Below are positions 50,231 through 61,378 of a DNA stretch of 64,000 nucleotides, piece after piece; the stretch's first letter is position 1, and each line of letters opens with the position of its first letter. The stretch is from Dipteris shenzhenensis. Taxonomy: Eukaryota. The stretch is taken from NCBI GenBank assembly GCA_047967505.1, contig CM106538.1. One strand, given 5' to 3'. Below the pieces are notes generated by a model. That model was not told the DNA's origin and did not search any database. It worked only from the letters and a program-made list of their open reading frames with translations. The position numbers were made by a program, and so were the translations under genes.

Positions 50231-53200
50231 AGCGATGGCATACAATAAAGCACTGAGAGGGCATCCTTGGCGGACTGAACAACGAAGAGTCCACTCATCA
50301 GAGATATCCCCAGAAAGAGTGCAAGTTGCATTGCTATCTGTGTAAAGCCAGTGAATAACTTGCTGCATTTTTGGTCCAAACCCCAAAGCTCGCATACTTT
50401 GCGAGATGAAATTCCATTGAACTGTGTCAAAGGCTTTTACAATATCTACCTGCAAGAGTAGAACATCCTGCTACGTGTATTTGGCATATTCAATCCCAAT
50501 ATAAGCATTGGCAATGTTATCTGTGATATGGTGACGTGGAACAAAGCCATATTGGGAGGGATGCAACCCATCATGCAAATAACCTTTAATACGATCAACC
50601 ACCATTTTGGCAATGATCTTGTAAATGACTAGCATGAGCGTGATTGGCTTCCAATCACCAAGTGAATCACATAGCTGCTTCTTTGGAATCAGCTTGAGAA
50701 GATCCTTTTTCCATGACACAGGCATTTGTTGATTTTGCCATGTTGCATTTACCATTTGCAGCAAGGTGAATTTAAGAAGATCTCAGAAAGCAAGAAAGAA
50801 TTCAACAGTGAGACCATCCCATCTTGGAAATTTTTATCTGCAACAGGATCTTAGTGCATCAGACAATTCCCTTTCAGTGAATGCATGTTCAAGGTCCAAA
50901 GCCTGAGCATTAGACAGAATTGGATGAACATGCTGCAAAAGAAGCTGGTGTGCAGACACGACCTGAGGAGAAAGAGTATCCACATGCTCAAAATGAGTGG
51001 AGAAGTGCTGCACACAAAAATCAACAAGCTCTGGACGAGATGTTGACCAAGAACCATTAGGCATCCGGATCTGACAGATATTGGTAGCTTGTCTTTTGCA
51101 GTGTAAGCTCTTTAAAAATTGCTAGGAAGAGCAGCCTTTATCCAAAAAAGCCCGTTGTTTGGATCGGGCTTCCCATTTAGAAAGCTTTTTGCAATCATTG
51201 GATTGAAGAGAGAATTCAGCCTGACATAAGAGCATGCTTTCCTCTGAAGACAAAGGGCGAAGATGAGCAAGCTTAGTCTAACTCTGACAAGTAAATTTGG
51301 CATGTGCTACAGTCTCCCTTGTGGCTTGCATATAGGATTTGCCACAATCTTGAAGAACTGCTTGCATTCGAGCAACAAAAGCCTGCCAGGCATAGTCCAA
51401 ATCAATGTGTATCTGACGAGAGAGAGGCTGAATAGCATCAGAGACCAAGGCTTTAAAGTCAGCATGCTCCAGATAACTATCATTAATCAGCAAAAGCCTT
51501 CGGCAAGGCAATCTGTCAGTGGGAAAATCATGTAAGGAAAGCCTCAACCAAAGAGGAGCATGATCCGAATGTGTGAAAGCATGATCAACCCAATTTGACA
51601 AGTAAAGGCATCACAATGCTGTGGATCAACCTGATACCATCTGTCCAAGCATGCCTGATAAGAAGATCGAGCATTATGCTGAAAGGTATAGCTCGGAAGC
51701 ATGGGCTGTAATTCCTTCCAGAGATCAACCAGGTGCAATTGAAGCAAAAAATCAGACCATGCATGTGTTTCAGAAGCCAACATATGAGTGTGGCCTGAGG
51801 TGTTGTCACCCGATTGAGGGGCATTATGAAAGTCACCACAAATGAAGGCATGTTGTCGCTATGGATAGCTATGCATGGCAGCAAAGATCAAAGCTCTATC
51901 ATGAGGAGATTGGGAGGCATAAACTGATGCAAATTCAAAAATTTCTCCTTGAACAAGGCATTGAACAATAATCCATCTACCATGGCGATCATTGAGAGCC
52001 ACAACAAGTTGAAGGTCGTGCTTTACCAAAAAAGCCACGCCAGAAAAGGAGTGTTCTCCAGCCTAGAAGATATCATAACTAGCAAAATGGCCTATCTGAG
52101 CAGCATACATATGCTGAGTATGCTCTTGCAAAGCAACTATATCAGGCTGCAATTGCTTGATATACATCCAAAACAGTTTCAATTTGCGACCATCACACAT
52201 TCCATGTACATTGAGAGTAACACACTTCAGATGATCAAGCATATTTACAGTTATGGGACAGGTATGTACAGCAACTAACGGGCTGTCTACGTGTGCGTTT
52301 CCACCTCAATGTCCGGGCCTCTGCCCTGGGATGAAGCATCAGCCTGAGGAGAGGACAAAAGTGCAGCAACTTCCTCTTCAAGAAACAAGGTCCGATTTGC
52401 GGTCACAGTAGCCCAGGTCAAGCCAACACCAGAGTTTTTAGCAGGTGTTTTCTCATGAGAGGATGCACCACTCCAAGTGTTTTCTCACGAGAGTGCGAGA
52501 AGGCAAAGGTCGCTTGGGGGAGATCACTTTGTGAGGAGTTTGCCATCCATCAGTCAAATTTTTGTCCTTCCCCTGAGGTGGAGAGGACAAAGGCACAGGA
52601 AGAGAAGCATTATCATTTGAGACAGCCGGGGCTTTGCCTTTGTCTTGAACATAGAAAAACTGTTTGACCCCTTTGTTTTTTACCACAGAAGAGGCATTTT
52701 CATTCTTATTCAAAGGATGAACCATTTCAGCTTGCACTGGCATCCGTGGAGCTCGAGAAGGGCATCGTGAAGCCATGTGCCCAAATTGCTTGCATTTAGC
52801 AAGCACTTGCAAACAGCCCCCACTTGAGCTTGTAAAAGGCACTCCCCATGGAAACATTATTTACGGTAATCGAATATGAAGCTGGAGTGGGATGATGTGT
52901 GTCCCACAAAATACAGAAGCGATTCGAATTTCCATTGGGTCACAGTGGACATACCACCTTACCGAGGGAAGCTGCAATTTTAGGTATAAGAGAAGACAAG
53001 CATTGAGGAAAATCCACAACTTCTACCCAAACAAGGCAACGATGCCGAATCAATGCTTGATAATCCCGGGTGGGAGACCAAGGCAAGACATGTACCATCT
53101 GCTGGCCATAGAAGAGAGGAGAGAGGTCGAGCAAAACCTGACGGTGCTCCTCATCAGCCATGATGATCTCAAAAAACCCCTCGCTGCATAATGAACTTTT

Positions 53201-53564
53201 TTGACATAAGAATTCGACATAAGAACCACCACCCAGGGTTCGAGTCAGCTAATTCCCAACATCCGCTGCAATAGGCATCCGTCTTGGGAAGAAAATTATA
53301 ATGGCATGCTTTGCATACTCCTTAAGTGAATCAAAGATATCATCCACGTCCACCATGCTTAACCTCATAAACAAGCTGAGCCTCAGCAGAGGCATGAAGG
53401 GAATCATCTGAATTCATCACCTGCTTTTGTTTCTTGTTGGAAACCAACTTGTCTTTGTGAAAGGTTTTCTCATAGGAATAATCCGCCATTTGAATCTGGA
53501 AGGCTTGGAAGCAGCAAGGCTTTACAAAGAGGAAAGCACATCAGGTACATTAGCCGCAAAAATT

Positions 53565-53860
53565 ATACGGACGGTTTGACAGTACGGCTTGTACGGATAG
53601 TATAGCCAACCTAACAGTACAGACACAGTACGGACAACCTGACATAAAAAGTACGGACACCTGATACTTGTACGGACCCCTGACACAGTACAGACACTTG
53701 ACACAATACGGAAAGCATACGGACGGGCGTACAGCTTGACACAATATGGACACTTGTACGGACACCTGACACATCACGGAAAGCATACGGACTCAGTATA
53801 GACACCTGTATGGACGGGTTGACAAAAAACGTATGGAACAAAAACAGGAATGTACGGATC
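53565..53860. repeat. Degenerate tandem array (GTACGGACAC core) in the LINE A 5' UTR
   Basis: About 15 variants of (g/a)tac(g/a)gac(a/g)c and (c/t)tgaca, spaced roughly 10-20 bp apart. Confidence 0.75.
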
Positions 53861-54226
53861 CGAAACGGAACCACAACAGAACCTCGAAGGCATCAAACGG
53901 CGGGAGAAACGAGCAACTGTAGTGTGGGAGCACGTGGATTGGCGCGGGAACCCAAAAAGGGTGCAGGAAGCCCTAAACAAAGGGCACGCAGGGTGCTGGC
54001 TGCAAGTGAGTACGCAAACACACACACTACACACCACACCTTGCCACACTCACTTCAGCTTACTTGGTAAACTCACACCTTTTTTTTTTTTTTTTGGTGG
54101 GGTGAAATCTTTGATTGATTATATTATATGAGTAGCAACCTCAAAATAAGGTGCTACAGTTACATCAACTGAAAATTTCAGTATATGCCAAAAAGACCTC
54201 ATGATCTATGCAGCGGGTCTGCAAGC

Positions 54227-57200
54227 TGTTGGGGTAAAGGCACTGGCCACCCTTGTAACAGTATTAATCTAGTACTACTAAGTACACTAAGTACACATTG
54301 TACTTAGGTACTTAGTGGCCCTAGTCTTATCCATATATATACTAAGGTCAAGAGAACATTGGGCGCCAGCTCGGGCTTTCGAAGCCAATAGTGCCCAACC
54401 AGGCGACTCTCGTCCGGATCCGCGATAACCCCGCCCTCGAGCTCCGCCATAGAGCGTAAGGCGCGCTGGAAGCGGGGCTCCATGGCGGCGACGAACTCAT
54501 CGGAGAATCCAATGCGGCTTACGTCGACGTAGAGGCCAAGGTCCTTATGCTAGTAGAGCCAGAAGAAAGTGCGGTGGATTCACTTGTAACATGTGGACCA
54601 AGGCGGACTTCATCGCCTATTGAGACGACACCGAAAACAAGCAGGCCTGTGAAGTGGTTTTTTCTCCTCCGGGATGACTGCTCATGTGATGACTTTTGAA
54701 GTGGGAGCTGTTCTTGAAGACAGTCAGTGACAAGTACACCGTACAAGTACAGCCAGCAGGCAATGTACCGTGCACAGATCTGTACTTGATACTTGCAGTG
54801 TATGCCTTGCTGGATGCACCTAAATGGATTTGCAGTCAGATGCCTTGTGAGCAGTAGCAGTTGATGCCATTTACTGTGTTAATGCACGGAATGTGCTGCC
54901 AATTCAAAGGGCTTTTGATGCTATTATGCTTGGGACAAATGCTTTAGCTTGTTGCTGCAAGTACAATCACTTTTGGTACAGATTTGGTCGATTTTGGCCA
55001 AGTTTGACTTTAGTCAAATTTGGGGCTTTTGTAGCCTGACCGGAAATCTGTCAAGTGGGAGCACTCTACATGCATCAGGCTATCTCGTAAAGCACTACTA
55101 TGCTTTGAAAGTGCAAATTTGACTTACAGTTTTTTTTTTTGGTCAAATGTCAATCTTTTAATTGGGGTCAAATCTCTGATTTTCTTCATGCTTTCAAAGG
55201 GCTTTTGAGCAATCTCACTTCCACACTGTGAATTCAGTTGGGGGGGAAGTTTCTGGAGCATATGGAGATCTAAAATCAGAGATCTTCATCCACAATCTGA
55301 GATTCACTGTTTTTTGACAGTCCGGGACTGTCAACCAGCAAGTTTGACCAGATTTCACTGTCAAAAAGGTCAAAAAGTACTGCTACCTTTTCAGAAAACA
55401 GTTCTGGGTTTTTTCTGGAGCACTTTGAAGGAGCTGTACCGCACTTTCGCCAGCAAAAAACACAGGACAGATTGCTGTACTGTTTCTGCAGCAAGTGGGA
55501 GAAAGACATTCAGTCGGTTTTATGCCACTGAAACAGTACCAAGTTCATTTTCTGATCGTACTTCCGCTGCGGGGGAATTTTCTTGGAGTAACTAGTGCTT
55601 AATTGCACGACTACAGGGAGTCAAACTCTATTTTCTTTACCATGAGTTCCGGCAGCGATGTGTCGTCCTTGTTTCAGATAAAGAAGCTCGAAGGAGCTAA
55701 AAATTACGACATATGGAGGACACAATGCTACAATGTGTTGATGCAGAAGGACCAGTACAAACCTATAAAGGAGAAGGGTGTTAAGCCCTCCAACATTACT
55801 GATGAGCAGTGGGAGAAGATGGACGGCTTGGCCAGGTCGACCATTATGCTTACAGTTGTTGATTCACTGGTTGTAGGCATCAGGGATGAACCTACTGCGT
55901 GGGAGATGTGGCAACGTCTTGAGGATACTTATGCCAAGAAAAGTGCCACGGGAAAAGCTTACTGGCTAAAAAGCTTGTTGGTCTTCAAATGAAGGAGGGG
56001 ACAGCTATGTCCACTCATATTATTGAGTTTAACAGCATATTCAGCCAGGTGATCAACCAGGGGTTGAAGCTCGATGATGAGCTGAAAGCTACACTCATCC
56101 TATGTTCTCTACCTGAGTCATGGGACACATTCAGGACTTCTACCAGCAACTCAAAAACCATTCTGGTATTTGCAGATGTGGAGAGTGCTCTTCTACAGGA
56201 AGAGATGAACAGAAAGAACAATGCTATTGGGAAGTCAAATGCTTTGAATGCACGCAGCAGGTCCAAAACACGTGGTAAAGACAAAGAAAGAGAGAGGAGC
56301 AAGTCCCGCTCTAAGAGTGATCTTGTATGCAACTATTGTGGCAAGAAGGGACATATTGAGAAAAAGTGTTTTTAAAAGAAGAATGACCAGAGAGCCAAAG
56401 AAGGCAAGGCTCAAGGCAAGTCTAAGGGCAAAGAAAAAGAAGAGCTGAATGTTACTTATGTTAGTGACAGTGACAGTGGACATGAGATATGTTTCACCTC
56501 TTCACTGGAGGCTCATACACTTCATGCTGGTGATGGATCAGATATGTTTTCCTGGATTATAGATTCAGGTGCTTCCTTTCATGTGACATCCTACAGAGAT
56601 CTGTTTGTCAGATATGCAGGAGGGCAGAAGGGAGTTGTCTTTCTTGGTGATAACCATGCATGTTCTATCATTGGTATAGGTGATGTCAGGCTTGTTCTTG
56701 AAAATGGCCAGCAGTTAATGCTTAAAGGGGTCAGGCATGTTCCTGAGGTGGAGAAGAACTTGATTTCCACAGGGTTGTTGGATGATGATGGTTATCTTAC
56801 CACCTTTGGTAATCAGAAATGGAAAATCAGCAAAGGGGCAATGGCTATTGCCAGGGGTCCTAAGGTTGATACTTTGTACTCACTTCATGCTGGACATTGT
56901 CCGCATTCTGATGTAAATGCCACCGAGCTGCCAAAGATTTCATTGTGGCATAGCCGGCTTGGCCATATGAGTATTAAGGGAATGGAGCAATTGGCTCATT
57001 TTGGTTACTTGCCGAGTCTAAAATATTCAGATTTGCAGAAATGTGAATTTTGTCTCTACGGTCGTCAAGTACAGATACCTCATAAGAGAAGGTCAAATCA
57101 GAAATTACAGCTCTTGGAGCTAGTACATACAGATGTGTGTGAGATGCCTACACTCTCTTTAGGAGGTTCAAAGTACATATTGTCATTCATAGATGACGCC

Positions 57201-60044
57201 ACCCGCAAAGTGTGGGTTTACACTCTCAGAAAGAAGAGTGATACGTTTAAGGCTTTCACTAAGTTTGTTGCACTAGTTGAAAATGAGACAGGCAAAAAAC
57301 TGAAAGCCTTACGATCTGACAATGGTGGAGAGTACTTGTCCAAAGAATTTCAAGAATTCTGTGAGGCAAAGGGTATCCAAAGGGTTTTGTCTGCACCATA
57401 TGATCCTCCACAGAATGGTACAGCTGAAAAAATGTTCAGGACCATTCAAGAGAAAGTCAGATCCATGTTGTCACATGCTGCATTGCCCCACACATTTTGG
57501 GCTGAAGCTGTAAAGACAGCTGTGCACCTTATTAACAGGTCACCAAACAAGAGACTATGTGGTGGTGTGCCTGAACAAGCATGGACGGGCAAGCCTCCGT
57601 CTTACAAACACCTACGGGTCTTTGGTTGTGTCGCGTATGTGCATGTACGCAGGGAGGACAGAACTAAACTGGATCCAAAGTCTCTTAAATGCATATTCCT
57701 AGGTTACGGTGACAAAGGTGAGATGGGCTACAGGATTTGGGATCCCAAGAACAGAAAACTTATACGCAGCAATGATGTCGTGTTTGATGAAACCATCATG
57801 TTCAAGGAACCTGTTGTACAGCAGGAACCTTTAAAAGTAACTATTGATGATGACAGGCATCATGGGCAACACAGACAGGCTGTAAATCAGCCACAACAGC
57901 AGCATAATCAGCCATTAAATGATGCTGCAGCAGATCCTAATGGACAGCCAGTTATGGGAGAAAACATCCCAATGGATGAGGCACAGTTAGGTGATCTTCC
58001 TGACATGCAAATGCAGCCAGGAATCATGGAACAGCCACCTTATCTGGGTGATGAACAGGCTGGACAGCCAGCTCAAGATGATGGTCTTTGGGTTAGAAGG
58101 TCAACCAGACAGACGGCAGCCAGAAAGATTTGTTCCAGGCATTGATTATTTGATGCTCACTGATTGTGGAGAGCCTTCATGCTACAAAGAGGCTAGGCAG
58201 AGGGCAGACAAGGTTCAATGGGATCTTGCTATGAAGTCTGAAATGGACAGTCTTCACAAGAATGGCACTTGGGAATTGGTACCCTTGCCTACTGGTAAAA
58301 AGGTACTGCCATGCAAATGGGTTTATAGACTTAAAGTCACACCTGGTGAAAAGCCAAGGCATAAAGCCAGACTGGTTGCCAAAGGGTTCAAGCAGGAATA
58401 TGGTGTTGACTTTGAGGAGATATTCTCTCCCGTTGTCAAGATGACAACACTCAGAACTGTATTAGCATTGGTTGCACATGCAGATATGGATTTGGTCCAA
58501 ATGGATGTCAAAACAGCATTTCTTCATGGTGATTTACATGAGGAAATTTTTATGCAGCAGCCAGAGGGTTTTACAGTGAAGGGCAAAGAGAAGCTTGTAT
58601 GCAGACTAAAGAAAAGTCTTTATGGTCTAAAGCAGGCACCCAGGGAATGGTATCATAAGTTTGATACATTCATGCGAACCCAGGGTTACAGGAGAAGTGA
58701 CATTGATCACTGCTTATATACCAAGAAAGCTTCAGATGGCAGTTTACTTATCCTCATTTTGTATGTGGATGACATGTTAATTGCTGGAAAATCTCATAAG
58801 GAAATGAATGCCTTGAAAAAGAGATTGCACCAGACCTTTGATATGAAGGATCTTGGTGATGCCAACCATATATTGGGTATGCGCATACTTCGGGATAGGG
58901 AAAAGCGGTTGCTATACTTGTCTCAGAAGGAATACATTGGCAAGGTCTTGCAGAGATTTCACATGGAGGGGGGGAAGAGTATTGGTACTCCATTACCTCC
59001 TTATGTGAAAATCAGCGCTTTGGACAGCCCTCAGACAGATGCTGAGAGAGCTGAAATGTCAAAGATTCCGTATGCATCAGCTTGTGGCAGTCTCATGTAT
59101 GCTATGGTTGCAACCAGGCCCGATATTGCGTTTGCAGTGGGAGTGGTTAGCAGATACATGGCTAAACCTGGCAAGAAGCATTGGAATGCAGTGAAAGGTG
59201 TCATGAGATACCTAAAGGGTACACAGGACTTGTGTATATGTTTCGGCAGTCAAGATGCAAAAGTGCAGGGTTATACAGACTCTGATTATGCCGGTCACCC
59301 TGATACCCGGAAGTCTACTACCGGCTATGTTTTCACTTTCACTGGAGGTGCAGTGTCGTGGGTATCTAGAATGCAGCAATGCGTTGCTTTGTCTACTACA
59401 GAAGCTGAATATATTGCAGCCACTGAGGCGTGCAAGGAAGCTATATGGCTATCTCGGCTAGTGGCAGATTTGGGCTACTCTAGTGATACTCCATTGTTGC
59501 ATTGTGACAGTCAGAGTGCCATACAGTTGGCACGAAATCCTGTTTTTCATGCAAAGACGAAGCACATCGACGTGAAGTATCATTTTATCAGGGAGGTGCT
59601 TGAGAACAAGCAACTTCAGCTTGTGAAAGTTCACACTGATGACAATCCAGCAGATCTGTTGACAAAAGGATTGGCTGCTGAGCGGTTTGCACACTGCAGA
59701 CGGCTCATGGGTATTGGATAAGCAGACCAACTGGTCCTGTACATGATGATGTATATTGCTGTTTTTTCTTTTACTCTCTCTTATGGGCACACTGCCTTTA
59801 AGTGGGAGGTTGTTGGGGTAAAGGCACTGGCCACCCTTGTAACAGTATTAATCTAGTACTACTAAGTACACTAAGTACACATTGTACTTAGGTACTTAGT
59901 GGCCCTAGTCTTATCCATATATATACTAGTGTGTGTACTTGGGGAGGTACCACTCATTCCTTTATCCCCACCCACTGGTGTGTGACTACTGTGAGTGTGT
60001 CTCTCTACTCCCTACTCTATCTCTCCCTCACACTCTCCATCTCA
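54227..60044 (+). mobile_element. Ty1/copia LTR retrotransposon, TSD CAAGC, truncated 5' LTR
   Basis: CAAGC at 54222-54226 and 60045-60049. 3' LTR 59811-60044 (TGTTG...CTCA) follows PPT AAGTGGGAGG. The 5' LTR matches only over 54227-54344. Confidence 0.95.
55642..59721 (+). pseudogene. Copia gag-pol (Tnt1-like) with two frameshifts (~55970, ~58110) and one in-frame stop (56373-56375)
   Basis: CNYCGKKGHIEKKC; WIIDSGAS; LWHSRLGH; LVHTDVC...LRSDNGGEY...QNGTAEK; RLVAKGF, QMDVKTAFLHG, LYVDDML; GYTDSDYAG...HIDVKYHF. PR-IN-RT-RH order indicates copia. Confidence 0.93.
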
Positions 60045-61326
60045 CAAGCAATCAAAGAAAGATTGCTACAGAGAACGCCTAAAAGAGCCAAATAGAGAGA
60101 AAGCAGGATCACTAAAGACTTTACAATTCCTACATGTCCATAAAGTCCATGGTGCCCAGTAGCGAACCCAAACGAAGAAAAGGCGAAACTCCGCTCTGGA
60201 TGGGATGAAACCCAAATAACCAGAAGAACTTTTCAAAAGGAACAGATGGGAATCTTGCTCGTAGTCGCTGTCGAAGCAAATAAAAAAACTCACGAGAGCA
60301 CGGACAATGCCAAAACAAGTGCACAGTCTCCGAAGAAGCATAACATTTGGGACAAAGTGCAGGAGCAATGTGTTGATGAGCTAATAGTTGTCTAGATGGA
60401 AATACTCCCAAAAGAACTCGCCAAAAGAAAACCTATTGCCGAAGCAGTACTTTATAGGCCCAAAGTTGTAATCTTTTCCTCCACCACTTGTCTGGGCGAT
60501 GCATTCGCCAAACAGAATCACCTCTCTTTGAAACCCAAGGTTGAGGCATAAGGATTTTATACAATGCAGGTACAGTAATCTGAGATAGCCTCAAAGGACG
60601 AGAAGAGAATCCTAGAGAAGTCAAAGTCCAATCTTTCCAGCGGTCTTGGAGTCCTAATCATAAGAGCCCAAGGCTGATCACCTTGCAGAAATTGCAGCAA
60701 CATTTTCCCCCTGTGGGCAAGAATATGCACATGAATATCCGTGATGTTCAATCCACCATGCATCTTGGGAGAACAAATGTGATGCATCGAAAGCAGCCTG
60801 AGATTTTCTGCCATGTTTGGATTGCCATAAGATTTCCATAAAGACAGACATGAAAGATGTAAGATCTGCTTTAGTGAACATGATCAATGGCAAGTAAAAT
60901 TGAATATATGCCACAAGGATGGATTGCGCTATTCGAAGACGAACATGTAACGGCAAGGTTGCCAGTTTCCAATACTCAAGCTTTTTCCGAAGCTTAGCCA
61001 AAACCCAATCAGTTTGTTGTCGGCGAGTGAGTTCCCACCCCAAAGGGTAACCAAGATGACGAACAAACTGAGTGGGTGGAATGATATCCTCGGGTCATAA
61101 TAGATTATGCCAGTCTTTGGAATGCAAAGGGAGCAGCTTAGATTTCTGAAAATTAAGATGAAGACCAGTTGCCAAACCATAAATAGAGAGGGCCTGCATC
61201 AAGGCACCAAGATCATGGGGCGTATTCTTCGGGGTAAAGAAAGAATCATCAGCATAAGCTTGAGCAACCATGCTGGTATTAGCATCCAATTCCAAGCCAT
61301 GAAGTGATCCTGTAACCACAAGGTGA

Positions 61327-61328
<2 letters not shown>

Positions 61329-61378
<50 letters not shown>
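61329..61378. repeat. (AC)20 microsatellite plus ATATACACAC
   Basis: Direct reading. Confidence 0.97.

Larger units (their letters stand above)
43204..54079 (-). mobile_element. LINE A: near-full-length L1/Tx1-like non-LTR retrotransposon, pseudogenised, interrupted by the gypsy element
   Basis: T11 tail at 43204-43214. ORF1 ATG ~53489 with VWVEVVDFP and knuckle CKQFGHMASRC. APE motifs LNVHGM, SDHAPLWL. RT motifs QVDIVKAFDTVQW, VRQGCPLSALLYAIA|THP (split by the insertion), AYADDSFF. Internal deletion near 43565 relative to LINE B. Confidence 0.9.
54080..61326 (-). mobile_element. LINE B: 5'-truncated copy of the LINE A family, interrupted by the copia element
   Basis: T16 tail at 54080-54095. 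The 3' end is highly similar to 43215-43560 and continues at 60050 after the copia. AYADDSFF, KMHGGLNI, HLFWHCPCSRE. Similarity ends at ~61326, next to (AC)20. Confidence 0.9.

Noticed and set aside
53565-53860. CRISPR-like appearance of short spaced repeats (also 9745-10060)
   Set aside because: Degenerate units without unique constant-length spacers, no cas genes, eukaryotic context.
54355-54376. AACAT-TGGGCGCC as an alternative LTR end plus PBS for the copia
   Set aside because: The preceding bases do not match the 3' LTR end (CATCTCA), and I cannot match the sequence to a tRNA 3' end.
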